Assembly: GCA_028534125.1 (NCBI GenBank)
Contig: CM052817.1
Location: 107,324,001 to 107,388,000 of the forward strand
DNA length: 64,000 nucleotides
Direction: 5' to 3'
Origin: Lama glama
Lineage: Eukaryota
Every line of letters begins with the position of its first letter. Position 1 is the first letter of the stretch. The notes below the pieces were generated by a model. It was not told where the DNA came from, did no database searches, and was given only the letters and a program-made list of their open reading frames with translations. A program made the translations under genes and the position numbers. Below are positions 50,906 through 64,000 of the stretch, in pieces.

Positions 50906-53412
50906 CTTTGAATGACCACATCTTACTGATACCCTCATTAACTAATGAGTGAAATAAAATCTGTGACGTGTTTGTTTTATATTCATAGGAGTCAAGTTTT
51001 TATCTTAAAAAAAATTATTCTTACACGTTATATTTACTTGCCTAAATTACATTCAGTGCAAAAATGCTTCTGTATTTTTATCAATGAGAGAGAGAGTCCA
51101 CATTAACACCGCTACTCACTCATGTGCAGCCTGCAGCTGTGAGTTGGCCCCCCCCCCGCCCCACCAGCCTGCTCAGTGCAGACACTCAGCGGTTACCTTT
51201 GGTGCCCCGTCCTTCTGTATCCCTACATCGTTGGTGGCGACCCCCTTCACGCTTCCGTCTTCATGATAAAGGACCTAGAATGCAAACACATTTCCTTATC
51301 ACCTTAGGATTCGTAACTGCCTTGGAAAGCAACAACGAACAGCCCTAGACTTTCTAGGAGGTGAACGTGTCCTCTTGACGACAGGCTTAAGGATGTTGCG
51401 GGGAAAAAAAGGCAAGTTTCTAAGACACAGCCTTCTAGATGGAGCAGAATGTGGCTCAGACAGGCAGAGGTGGAAGAAATGCTCCATCTGATGGGGAGGG
51501 ACGGGGCTGGCGGAGGGGACACTGACAAAGCAGGCGAGATGCAGCAGGGAGCCTTCTGCTGGGTTCGGGGGTCAGAGACATATGCGTGAACCTGGAGTCA
51601 GGGCCAGGACAGGCGAGGGCCGCCGGTGGGGTGGGACAAGGACACTGTCGGGGAAGCTCTGTCCCCTGGAAGCTGCGACCCGGACACAGACATCACAGAG
51701 GGGTTGAAGACAGCCTGAAGGTGACTCAAGCTTGTTTCCAGACCACGGAGGAAGGAGGGAAACTGTCCAAAAGTGTGACTCTGAAGATGAAAAATAACAA
51801 TTCTCCGTAGTCCTTACTTGGTCTGTTTCCTCTGGAGGAAAACGCTCTTTGGACAGGGGAGAACAAAATGCACATTATCATCACACCGCAGGAAGCCCGG
51901 GAGTGGAAAGGCGGAGCAGGACTAGCAGCAGGGCTATGACAAACAGGTATCAACGTTTATTTGGCACCTGGGAAACCCATCAACAGCAGGATGTGGCTGT
52001 GACCTGGACTGGAGGTCGGCCTCAGAGTAACAAACACCGAGGAGGAGGAGAGGCGCAGGAGAGGTGCAGGGGCCTCTGAGAATGTGTGTGCGTGCGCATG
52101 CACGTGCACACTCATGAGCACGTGTGCCCACACGTTCAAAAACTGAAAGTCATGGACTCTACAAACCACCTGCTGTGACTGAGACACTGACTCCCAGCCA
52201 AGAACAGCTTATGCAGGAGAAAGGCACAACCAAGTGCACACCTGTGACCCGGGGAACAGCAGCCAGCAGCAGCAGGCGTCCCGCGGGGACCTGGCTGTTC
52301 TGTTTGACTTGCACGTTGTCAGGGTGAGAACGTTTTTTGAGTTTTCGCTGGTGACAAGAACAAAAGAACTCCTGCTCCCATGCAGAACCTTCCAGTGTTT
52401 CCTTCAGACAACTTAACTATAAGTCCTTTCCTGTCTCTCTTAGATCTACGGGAAGCGTGTCAGTTAAGAGTGAAATGAGCCCCGCCACAGGCCTGTATCT
52501 CAGTCGTGCGTTTCGCGGGGCCTCAGAGACGGCTCTGCCGTGTGAACACCGAGCATGGTGCCCGTCTCCGTCTGCGGGGGAGTCCGGGCTTCCTGCTGCT
52601 CCAAGCTGTCCCTCCCTGCGGGCCAAGGAGACACAGCAGGCTTTACTTCCCTGGATAAAGATCGTGAGCACGCATGTAACACGTCGCAGCTGCCCAGCTA
52701 CGTGAGAGGGTGGACGGCCGGTAACTGCGCTGAGGTCTCGGCTCAGTGCTCATTCAGTAGTAACACTGTTTCAATCTTCTTTATAATTTGGAGAGGTGCT
52801 TTTTCTAGGTTGGCAGGAGACTTTGCTTTTAATAATTTCCCAATAATACTTAGTGAGAGTCTACAGTAGGATGTGGCTGCCATAAGAGTTCCTTTGAGGG
52901 AATTATTGGAAGAACAGCTTCTAGAATGAAGGCGGCAACAGTCCTGCTGCACACGAGGCTGGAATTCCTCCCGGTGCCGCTTTAAGGAGGGGACAACAGG
53001 GGATGCGCTCGGAGGACGGCAAGAAACTGACGCATCTCGAAGTACATAACGTGACAGCTCTAAGAATGAACAATATGTCACCGGGGAAAGGAACACACCA
53101 GTGAAGGTGGGGAGGAAGAGCAGGGCGGCGGCGTAACTGGAAAGCTGCCCCTGCAAGGGGACACGGGGTCGCTTTCTGTAGTACAGAACAGTGCATAAAT
53201 GTCTCTTCACTGCAAGGAAGAGGGTTTTACCAACAACCCAGACGTCAGAGGTCGTGTTCAGTCCCACGCCGGACAACCACCTGGTGTGGGGACAAGGGAT
53301 TCAAGCACTCTTTGGATTAGCTCTTGTTAGGATTCCCTCTAATCCTGCAATTCTAAAATCCTATGGCCTTTCTAAAATATTTATTTATTTACTCTGCACC
53401 ATTCTTGGGTTA

Positions 53413-53607
<195 letters not shown>

Positions 53608-54015
53608 TTACACGTCGGACTTTTCATTGGTAAACATCTCCAGAACATACATACTCAATTTAGAAATTCTAATCACATGTAATTTCTGCATAAATACATA
53701 CATTGTCTTAAGGCCATTATTCAGATTTATTTTCCAACAATTCTGGTCTAGAACTCAAATGACTAAATTGAAAACAACATTACAGAACTAACTTAAACAT
53801 TTCTGCTGGCTTACAAGACTATCTCAATTCTTCTAGACTGGAAGACAGAAGAACCGAGCTCTAGTCCTGCCTTCCTACCCAGAGTTTCACAGCTGGCTTG
53901 TGGGGAAGTCCTTCAAGTCCCTGGGCTTTACTTTTCTCATCTACAAGAGGAAGCGCTTTCCCCAGAGGACACACAGTTCCCTCCAGCTGCAGGGCTTTAC
54001 GTTCGACAACTATCA

Positions 54016-54204
<189 letters not shown>

Positions 54205-55610
54205 TCACTTTTCCTTCATCACTTCCTTTGGAAAACTTGACACTGTCAATCCTTGTCTCCCTGAGGTGGGTGGGAATCTTTCTTAAACCTAAGTAAGCCG
54301 GTCTGCATCTCAGGACTGTCTTTCTCGGGGGCCTGGAGGCAGCTGTCTTTGGAATGTGAAGGCAGGGAGAGTAGCTTCCTGTCTCCCTGTCTCTGTGGGA
54401 TGTGAGCCTAGGCACCTGCTTCCACCAGCTGTCACTTCCTGCTCGATGGAAACAGAAGTTTTATTTTTCCTTCAGGTAAAGACAATTAACATGTGTGGAG
54501 TAGACTGGACCTGCCCAGCTACATAAGGCCTCGATATGAAAAACTTTTTCTCCTAGAACTGATACTATGTCAGTAAGTCAAAGATACCTACTTCTGACGT
54601 ACGATTGAAGAGAGAACGTTCATCAGGCACAACCATGGTATTTCTAGGTGAAAGGAGCGTGCTGCTTTAGAGAGGAATGTGGTCACGTGTGCTAAGCACC
54701 ACAGCCGCAGCCCAGCTCGGTCCAGCCTCGGCCTCTCTGAGGTACGTCACCGTCACCGTGGTCTCGCTCCCCGTACTGACGAGGTCGCCTCTTGTAGACC
54801 CTGCCTGGACGGTGACAGTGCCTGAACTAATCCTTCTGCTTGTGACCGCGTGCCCCACTCCTCGGCCTTCAGAAACCTTTCCTTTCCTGCAGCTCTTTGG
54901 AGCCCCATTCTGTTCCCTAGACGACTCACGAGTCACCAAATAAAGCTAATTTGACCTTTAGATTCACTCGGCTGACTTGTTTTTTCAGTCTTTACAAAGT
55001 GTATTCACAGATACTCAACACTCTATAACCTGAGAGGTGGGAGAGGTGTAGTTACGCATCTGACAGAGGAAAAAACTGAGATACAGAGTGTAAGAGTTTA
55101 ACCAAGGACATACAAATGAATCAGCCAGTGCCGTCAAACCAGACTTTGCCTCTCTGTGTATCATGCCAGAGATTTTTCTGCTTAGATTATTTATTTTATG
55201 ATTACTATTATTTCCTTAGAAAATCAGATTCAGTTATTCCCTGTGGCTTCAGGTACTGCAACATCTCAAGGAAGTTACCTAACGTTATTAAGAGCGAGGA
55301 TGTAAACAGCCACGGAACAAGTCAGGAAAGACCCTCCAAACCAAAACTATCCCTAGGTTTTCTCCAGGTGAGGCCTCCTCACAAAGCCAGTACACAAACA
55401 CAGCACGTGCAAGGCATTAGGTAAAAGTGAGTTGGCATCTTAAAGTTGTATTCGGTATGATTCAGATTCTTGGTCCTTTTTAACTTAGCTTGCATCTCCA
55501 ATTATCCTCTAAGAGACAGAATTCTGTGAAGAGGGTGTCCCACATCCCATTAATTTGGAAACAGAGCTACTACATAGGTCAGACTCAGCACAGAGAACAA
55601 TTTTTCATAC

Positions 55611-55840
55611 TCCCTTCTCCTTCCAGTCTGGGAAGAGCTCCTGGAGAGCGCGGGGGTCAAGGCAGGCCCCCGAGAGGGTGTGAGCCCCGATCTGGGCCGC
55701 CTTCTCCACCAGACACACGCGGAGGTCCTTGCCATGCTGGGTGGCCAACTGCTTCAGCCGGGCAGCGGCCGAGAGCCCGGCGGGGCCGGCGCCCACGACT
55801 ACCACGTCCGCCTCCTCTGCAAACCTCTCCATGTTCACTC
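55611..55840 (-). CDS. ETFDH: ETF-ubiquinone oxidoreductase exon 3
   Basis: 230 nt, CAG| acceptor and |GTATGA donor. Reads [76 protein letters not shown], with the FAD-binding GxGxxG motif. Confidence 0.97.
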
Positions 55841-56221
55841 CTGCCAGGGGAGGAGGGGAAAACACAAACAAACACGGGGTGACTATGACCCGACAGAAGC
55901 CCAGGCTCACAGGTCCCCACCCTCCTTCAGAGCATCGTTTACACACGTCGCCCTCCGCTCTGCGTGAGGATTACACTACATTCTTCATTGTCTTAGTGGA
56001 ACATTCTCTTCCATTCTGTTCCAGGGCGCGTCTGATTTTGGCTTTGAGGTTTATTACTATCACCTCTCAAATATCTGCTTATCTAAATATTAATATGTAC
56101 CAGATTTGGTAAAGTTATACAATATCAGATGATTTTATACCATCATGAAAGATACAGTATTTACCCCCATGGAAGGATTCAAAAGAAGAGTCTCAGCGAT
56201 TTTACACAAACGGTCACTCAC

Positions 56222-56362
56222 CTTCCCATCGCTTGTCCTTGTCCCGGGGGTAAATGGTGTAGTGGGTCGTAATTCGAGGAACTACAGAAGTGGTGGACCA
56301 TCTTGCGGCACACGGAGGTAGGTAATTTTTCTTAATTTTTAAGGCATGATAGCATGGATGTG
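56222..56362 (-). CDS. ETFDH: ETF-ubiquinone oxidoreductase exon 2
   Basis: 141 nt, acceptor TTTGTGCAG| and donor |GTGAGT. Translates (A)[46 protein letters not shown](G), the presequence and start of mature ETFDH. Confidence 0.95.
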
Positions 56363-57719
56363 CTGCACAAAAATTAGAAACATTATTTTTTTAAATTAGT
56401 TTTACTCAGGAGTTGACTGGAAAATAAATTTTTTTAAGCAAAAAACCCCCCAAAACAAACTTAGGATTGGGGATCTTCTCTGGCTTCTGTTTAGTTTTCT
56501 TTTAATTAGCCCTAAAACCTTACACAGATCACTTAACTTCTCTAGATTTCAGTTTCCTCATCCAAAAGAGTAAAGGGTTTCTAGGTTGGTCTGACATCAG
56601 CAGGGTCAGGGAAGAGTAAGCTCTCGCTGTGGAGCTGTCAGGTGACATGACAGGTGTGCTCTGTCCTGGATGAACAATTCAGAGCCTTTCCTCATAAAGC
56701 AGGGCTTTCAATTCATCATATTTACAGAGCATGTAACAAACGATCCAATTTCCTTCACGTCAAACTTAACCTAGAAGCAGGATGACTGTGTAAGCTGCCA
56801 TCTGAACTGGCCGCTTTTGAGAGTAACAAGGGGCAGTGTTAAAGACAACGCTGGGACAATGCGGACAAACCACATTCTATGCTCAGCTTCCTGTTAAATT
56901 AAGTTGACCCTCCCATATGCCAATAACTTCTGAGCGCCTCAAAAATGGGTATATTCTTTGAGTTAGCAAATGGAATTTTATGGAAATAAACAGAAGTGTG
57001 CAAAGATTTATCTGCAAGAATGTTCATGAAACCTCTGTTGTCCTTAAACCTTCACCTGTCTCCCTCCCTCCCTTACCTGAAGCCCCACACGTCAAACCTC
57101 ACGGAAAGGAGGGGCGCCCAGGTGGGAACTCTCTGCGCTCCCGGCCTCCAGCGCTGGTGTAATCTGTACTTGTGCCCACCCTCCCTTCATGCTCTCAGGT
57201 CACAACAGAAGAGATGTCTCTTCTCTTCACTTGGCCTAACCCTTCTGCCTGCGGATTTATGCGGCTTACCCTTCCTGCCTTCCCAGAGGCATTCCTACGT
57301 CACCCCCCCCCCAACTTACGCCCGTTTCTTCCAGTTCTCACTCCTCCTCTGGCAATCCTCCCCATGTAAAAGACAGGACAGAGAATCCTTCCTTGGGAAT
57401 AACCCCGAAAGACATAAACACTTACACCTGGAGCTATAATCACTTAGAAGTCTGCTATGGGAGAAGAGGCAGAGTAGGTCCCAGTGTGAGCCTATATATA
57501 GGCATAAATATTTGCTTACTGACTATCGGTCCTTTTTATATTCTCCTTCATCAGGGTACTCATTTATGACTCATGATATTATTAAGCAGGTTGGTGCTTT
57601 TTCAGTGTAATTTTCTGTTAAAAGGCACACTAGAGTCGTAAATCAGAGGCACTAAAATGCCAACGTGAGGGGATGAAAAGCTAAGCCTGAGGCTGCAAAA
57701 CACTCAGTTGATAAAGAGC

Positions 57720-58885
57720 TGGAATCCAAAATAGACAAAGCACTCATAAACACCCAACAAGAAAACAACTCAGTTGAGAAATGGGCAAAAGATCTGAATA
57801 GATACCTCAGCAAAGAAGATATTTAGGTGGAAAACAAGCCTAGGAAAAGATGCTGGACATCTTGTGCCATTAGGGAACTGCAAATTAAAACAATGAGATA
57901 GGACTACACACCTATCAAAACGGCCAAAGTCCAGAACACAGACATCACCAAATGCTAGAAGGACACAGCAGAGCAGCAGGAACTCTCATTCCCTCCTAGG
58001 GAAACACAGTATGGCACAGCCACTTTGGAAGACAGGCCAGGCCGGCAGTTTCTACCAAGCTAACTCTCAACATAGCATCCAGCAGTTGCCAGTGCATCCC
58101 CTGGTATTTACCAAAAGGAGCTGAAAATAACATCTGCACAAAAACCTGCAGTCAAGCGGGGTGAGTCATTTCTTGAGGGCTGCTGTACAACACAGACCTG
58201 CAGTCAACAGTAGTGTACTGTGCAGTCAGAACTTCGTCCAGAGTGTGTACCTCATGTTATCACAACAAAATGAAATATGCAGAATTAAAAAAAAATCTTC
58301 ACATGAATGCGTAAAGCAGATCAAAGCTTGGAAGATGTCTTTCAGTGGGTGAATGGATAGTCTGGTGCATCCACTCAATGGAATATTACTCAGCACTAAA
58401 AAGAAATGCGCTATTAGCCATGAAAAGATGTGGGGAAAATGCAGACACATATCGAAAGAAGCCAACCTGAAAATGCTACATGCTGTATGATTCCAACTAT
58501 ACAAAACTCTGGAGAAAGCAAAACTATAGACACAGTAAAAAGACCAGTGAGTGCCAGGGGTTCAGGAAGAGGGAGAAGGGGTGTGTGTGGAACATGGGGG
58601 TGTTTGTGGGGCAGGGAGACTGTTCTGATAATGTAATTGATGGTGGATACATGTCATTACACATGTGTTAAAACCATGGGATGTACAACACGTAGCGTGA
58701 ACCTTGGTATAAACTATGGACTTTGATAATAACGTTATCAGTATTGGCTCCCTAGTTGTGCCAAACGTACCACACCAATGCAAGATGTCTGCGGGGAGTG
58801 GGGGAAAGTTACACGGAAACTCTGTGTACTTTCTGCTCAATTTTTCTTTCAACCTACAGCTGCTAAAAAAAAAAGTTTATTAAAT
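57720..58885 (+). mobile_element. Old L1M (L1MB/MC-like) 3' fragments
   Basis: ATGGGCAAAAGATCTGAATAGATACCTCAGCAAAGAAGAT...GGAATATTACTCAGCACTAAAAAG...TATGATTCCAACTATA. Confidence 0.85.
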
Positions 58886-59400
58886 GAAAACAAAACAAAC
58901 ACAAAAGACAACACAGAAAAAGGCAGTGGTTAAGTGTACACAACTTGGAGGCTGTCTACTTTGTGTTTGAATTCAGCAAGTTATTAACTATCCCCACCCC
59001 ATCAGTTCCAAAGTTTACAGTCAATCTTTGCCTTGGAAATACTGTGGTGTAGGATTTGGTGCATGTCTTACCCAGAGCAAGTAGCTAATACACATTTATT
59101 AACTGGGTAGGGACCTTCCTACTTACAATTTTAACTGTCATCCAGGAATCTGAAAATCCCTGGTTTAGTTTCCTAAAACTAACTCCTGGGTTACAGAGCA
59201 ATAATAATAATAATGAAGCCTTTCCCAGCTTTTATCTGTTATAATGAAGCATCTGTCTGCAAATGAACAAGTTTCTAAACATGGAATAAAAAATAAATAG
59301 TAAAGATCAACAAAGAGTTTTGTATGGGTCTGGAATATATAATGACATTTACATCTCCATGGACATACTGATCAGTTAGGAATTTTCAGCACCACATCTT

Positions 59401-59842
59401 TTTTTTCTTTCAGTTTTTAACACTTCTCTCATTTATTTGCAAAACAGGTATGCCAAAACATATTAAAGACGTAGATGACTTGAAGAACATTATCCACTAC
59501 CTTGACCTAACTGACTTTTGGAGAATACTTTATTCAACAATGGGAGACTATACATTCTTTTCTGGTACACATGTAATATTTATCAAGATAGACAATATTC
59601 TGGGCCATGAAACAAGTCTCAATAAACTTAAACTAATTGAAATCTTACAAAATGGGTTCTGTTACCACATCAGAATTCAACAGAATCGTATCTGGAAAAT
59701 ACTCAAATTTTGCAAAATTAAGCAATAAAGTTCTAAAAATAACTGGGTTCAAAAAGAAATCACAAGGGTAATTAGGAAATACTTTGAACTGAATTAAACT
59801 GAAAAACAACATATTAAATTTTGTGCCATATAGCTAATGAAG
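59401..59842 (-). mobile_element. TSD-flanked retroposed insert containing an antisense L1 endonuclease fragment
   Basis: 15-bp TSD TCAGCACCACATCTT (59386-59400 and 59843-59857); minus-strand A-tail and AATAAA (59432-59437). The plus strand encodes L1 EN-like DLTDFWRILY...YTFFSGTH...KIDNILGH. Confidence 0.7.
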
Positions 59843-61056
59843 TCAGCACCACATCTTATCCTACATGAATTTATGTGACTTGTGGGGTGGCTCCAATCCC
59901 CATTTACAGCAGATGAGGAGGAATTCAGGTGATCCCAGCCAATCCCAGTCTAACCCTCCCAACACCAGTCACTCCGAGACCACAACTGGATTTCAAGTGA
60001 TCTCGGAAGTAACAGAGACTGAGCTGTGGGGAAAACAAGTTGTTTTCTTTTTTGCTTTCCTGATTAAAAGGAGACATGACAGCCTGGCATTGGCCAATTA
60101 TTTTTATTCATTAGCATTCAACTGCATAATATATTCTTACGTTGTCTTTCCAATACAATTTTTTTAAAGTTAAAATCTGGCAGCAGACAAGAGTTAAAAA
60201 TTATGATAAATGCAGGAGGGGAAAAGATTTCAAGTGAACTCTAAAGCCTCTTAAACACTAAAAAATCTGTTTTTGATAATCACTCTAAAGAAAAAAGTGT
60301 CAAGGTAACTAATTTTCTCTACTTGTAAACAGTACACTAAAACCCATAATATTGGGAATAATTTTTTAAACCACAGTTAAACCCTTCACCTATCCTAAAT
60401 CTTGAAAAAATGATAAAGGTATCACAGGAGAGCCCAGTTCCACTGTTCAAATACAGTATTACCATCATTCAAAAGAACATTTATTTATTAAATATTTAGC
60501 AATATACTTAACATTTAATAATACTTCATTATTTATTATTAAACATAAACTTATGATGCACTGTAGTTTAGTGTATGAAGTTACCATTTGCTTCTGAAAC
60601 TGCTGATTTGGTGTCAGACAACACTGTAATTCTATTGCTTATACAGCAACTGATTTTCTCAAAAAAATCTGGAACTGGATCATCTGATTTCCTCCTGGGG
60701 GCTGGGAAAAAAAAGCCATGACCTTTACCCCCTTTATGAAAACAAATCTGGTACTTTAGAGATTTAAACACTTAGACATCTTGGCTGGATTCTGGTGGAG
60801 AAGTGAGGTCAAAAGTCTGCTGAACTCAGGACACGTCAAAATCACACCTGTGGTGCACCTGTGTCCGTGTCTCTGATGCCAGCAGTGCTAACACCGGGCC
60901 ATGAAAATGGCGATGACTGAAACATCTGAGGAAGATGGAAATGGTGATTTTGGTGGGATTTGGTTAGCATTTGGCCCAAGAATGATTTCAACTAAATTAA
61001 GAGTAGGGCAGACAGCACCCCACTCCTTTGATATTACAAAGTAACATAGAGCATAC

Positions 61057-61482
61057 TGTGGGTGAAGAATGTCGCCGGCCACCCCTGTAAACAAAGGATG
61101 TTGCTGCCATCAAGCCCTCAGCCACAGCAGCCTCCCCCCAACCTGAGAAAACAGGACACGGGCCCTAGATAGTTAAGGTGCACATGAAAGGGATGATTTC
61201 AATAAGCCCAGACTCCTGCATCTTCCCATATATAGAAAAGTGCTAAATTCATTAACTTGAGATGTCTGGTTTTCTCTAATTAGCAGTAATCTTGTGATGC
61301 TCCCACTGCGTGGGGGTTTTCTGCACAACTCCTGTATCTCCTGGCTCCTCCCTACCTCTTGGGAGCAGTCCCTCAGAGAGATCTGGGAGGCTGTCTCTTG
61401 GGCTTACGTTCTCAGCAAGCCTGCCAAATAAACCGTAATGCTCAACTTTTAGGGTGTGCACTTTTTTTTTTTTTAGTTGACA
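61057..61482 (+). mobile_element. ERV1-class LTR
   Basis: TG...CA termini, TATA-like TATATAGAA, AATAAA at 61427-61432, and a T-run then GTTGACA end typical of MER41-like/ERV1 LTRs. Confidence 0.75.
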
Positions 61483-62750
61483 GCTTTGGGGATCACACAG
61501 AGACCCAGAGCAGACCTCTCTCCTTCGCCTGAACTCTGTGAGGGTCTGAAGCCTGGTATCAGTAGAGGCCTCTTAGGCCCATTCGCCGCCTCACAGGGTC
61601 CAGACAAATCTGCATGAGTCTCTCCTGGTTCTCAGCTCTCCCGATGACTGGTTGATGACGCTAAGTTTCACCTGGTGGTGTCTAACAGGTACCTGGCTCC
61701 CCATCTGAAAGACACTGGGAGTTGCTGAACAATCCGGCCTGGTGACTAAGTGAGAGGCTGGCGTAACATCTCTGCCTCCAGTTAACAATCCAGCCAGGTT
61801 CATGTATGCACAAGACTTACACTTACAAGTACTTACTTAATTAGGAAATAAAGGAAATCTTGCCTGAAAATGACTAACATGAGGGGGAGTCTTTTATTGC
61901 ATATGCAATTAAGTTAGGGAAAGTGGGCTTGATAAAACATCTTTTCAGAACTCTGATCTTAAAGAAACAAAAGCCCTTCTTGAGGGGAACTTGCATTTCT
62001 CCTTTTGTGTCTTTGAGATGTAAATGATTTACCTGATCTTCCTCAGTGTTTTGCGTGTATGTGTGAGAACCTGGACTCTGCCATCTGGAAGGTACACACA
62101 TGGTGGACATGTGGCAGCCTACTGAATAGACTGGGATTCTGAGCAGTTGTCCACCTGACCCTGCCAACTCTCAGGGGCTTTCTGCCATCCTAACCTTCAC
62201 TGCATCAGCCTGTATGACGAAGGCCTTTGCCTCCTTAGACTGTTTAGGGAGTAAACCTTCTGGATCTTGTTCTGGTGCCATCCTTCACACTCTTGTGGGG
62301 AAGCCGCTTGCATCTTACTGGTTTGAGTCACTATAAAGCTATATCTCATTAATGGCCAGAGGATGGATCTTTTAAATTGGAGAAGCTTCTAAACTTACGA
62401 ATGTTTACAGAGCTCTCATTGGAAGCAGCTGTTCTATTGCTACCTACGGAAAAGAACAAATTAGAAGGTGGAAAAAGATATATATATAAAATGGTTAACC
62501 TAAGAACGCCTTTAAAACAAACAAACAAAAAAAATCAAACTAGTTTGGGAAGCCTTACTTGTGGTCTCCACTTCCCCTGAATGGGTCTTACAGATGCTAA
62601 TAAAAACATTAGGATAATTAATGTTAACTAGGTTGATTAACAGGGAGTTAAAAAAAAAACTGAAGTGAAAGTTTAGAGACTTATTTCCAACGAGGTGAAA
62701 ATTTTAAAGACACTTGTCTCAAAATGATAAAGAAATCTACAGACGGTTAT
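61483..62750 (+). mobile_element. ERV1 internal leader / gag remnant
   Basis: Follows the LTR directly. 62353-62400 encodes WPEDGSFKLEKLLNLR, resembling the gammaretroviral matrix WPxxG(S/T)F motif. Confidence 0.6.
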
Positions 62751-62759
62751 TAAGAAATG

Positions 62760-64000
62760 AGATGACTGGCAGTCAAGACAGTGGAGAAGCAGCAGCTGGA
62801 ACTCACCTCCTCTCAGACACAGCAAGACCAAGGCTAACACAACCATCGACAGAAGACTAGAAACTACCAGACAAGACCTTCTGTAGCTAAAAACTTAAAG
62901 AAACCATGAGGAGACCGGTAGGGGGTTGGACTCACGATATAATCAGGTCTCGTACCCTCCGGGGGGGCGACCCGCAAACTGGAGAATAATTAAATTGCAG
63001 GGGTTCTGCCACGGAAGCGAGAGCTCTGAGTCCCATGTCAGCTCCCCAGCCGGGGGGCCCGGCACCGGGAAGCGGCGCCCCCAGCATGCTGGGCTTTGGA
63101 GGCCAGTGGGGCTCGACCACAGGAGCTCTGCGAGACTGGAGGAAACAGAGACCATACGTTTAGGGTTGCACAGGAAGTCCCACACTTGCTGGGACCAAGG
63201 GCAAAAGCAGTCATGTCACAGGAACCTGGGCCAGAACTACCTGCTAGTCTTGGGGGTCTCCTGGGGAGGCGTGGGGCAGCTGTGGCTCACCCTGGGGGCG
63301 TGGACATGGTGGCAGACATTGGGGGTGCTCATCTGAATGAACTCTCCTTCGGGGAGGCTGACATCTTGCTTGGACATTAGCACCAAGACTTGGCCCCACC
63401 CAACAGATTTTAAGCTCCAGAGCTGGGATGCCTCAGACCAAACAACTAGCTAGGTGGGGATGTATCCCCACCCATCAGCAGACAGCAACAACCCCTGACT
63501 CACAGCCACCTATGGACATGTCTCTAGACACGGCCCTGCCCACCAGAGAGCCAAGACTCAGCTCCACCCACCAGTGACAGGCACCAGCCTCTAGACCAGA
63601 CTTACCCACCAGGGAGCAGACTGCTGGAGCCAGAAAACTTCGATCTCACAACCCGCAAAACAACTCCACAAACACAGGCCAGAATCTGCCCTGGGACCAG
63701 CTGGCCACAGGCCCCTGGGTGACGAGTGGGGAGTGCACTGCAGGGACACATAGGACATCTCTTAGAGGGGGCCACTCCTCCAAGGTCGAGAAACATAACT
63801 AACGTGCCATACACAGAAAAAAACAAATAGAAATTAAGACAAAATGAGGCAGCAGAGGAGTATCTTTCAGACAAAGGATAAGATAAAACCCCAGAAGAAG
63901 AACTAAGTGATGTGGAGACAGGCAATCTATCCGAGAAAGAGATCAGGGTTATGATCATAAGACTGATCAAAGATCTCAGGAGAAGAATGGATGAACAGAG
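62760..64000 (+). mobile_element. L1 5' UTR and frameshifted ORF1 start
   Basis: GC-richer 5' UTR, then ATG at 63844 (MRQQRSIFQTK). A frameshift leads to DKTPEEELSDVETGNLSEKEIRVMIIRLIKDLRRRMDEQ, a laurasiatherian L1 ORF1 N-terminus. Confidence 0.85.

Overview
Mammalian genomic DNA, most likely a camelid, judging by the abundant tRNA-derived Vic-1-type SINEs and artiodactyl-type L1 3' ends. Two protein-coding genes lie on the minus strand. The first is FNIP2: its CpG-island promoter and first coding exon (25581-25687), with intron 1 running to the left edge. The second is ETFDH: exons 2-5 (53470-56362), all with canonical splice sites and an open frame. A fixed 500-N gap (49368-49867) sits where ETFDH exons 6 onward and the normally intervening PPID gene would be expected; neither is visible. 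The rest is intronic or intergenic and rich in repeats (L1, SINE, MIR/L2, MER82, MER33, an ERV1-like LTR with a Gag remnant, microsatellites). The most interesting observations are: a SINE-spacer-SINE composite present twice in inverted orientation; a TSD-flanked, polyadenylated retro-insertion carrying an antisense L1 endonuclease fragment; and a strong-context polyproline uORF plus a CLEAR-like palindrome in the FNIP2 5' region. I see no convincing novel protein-coding system. Gene and repeat names are from recall, not database searches.
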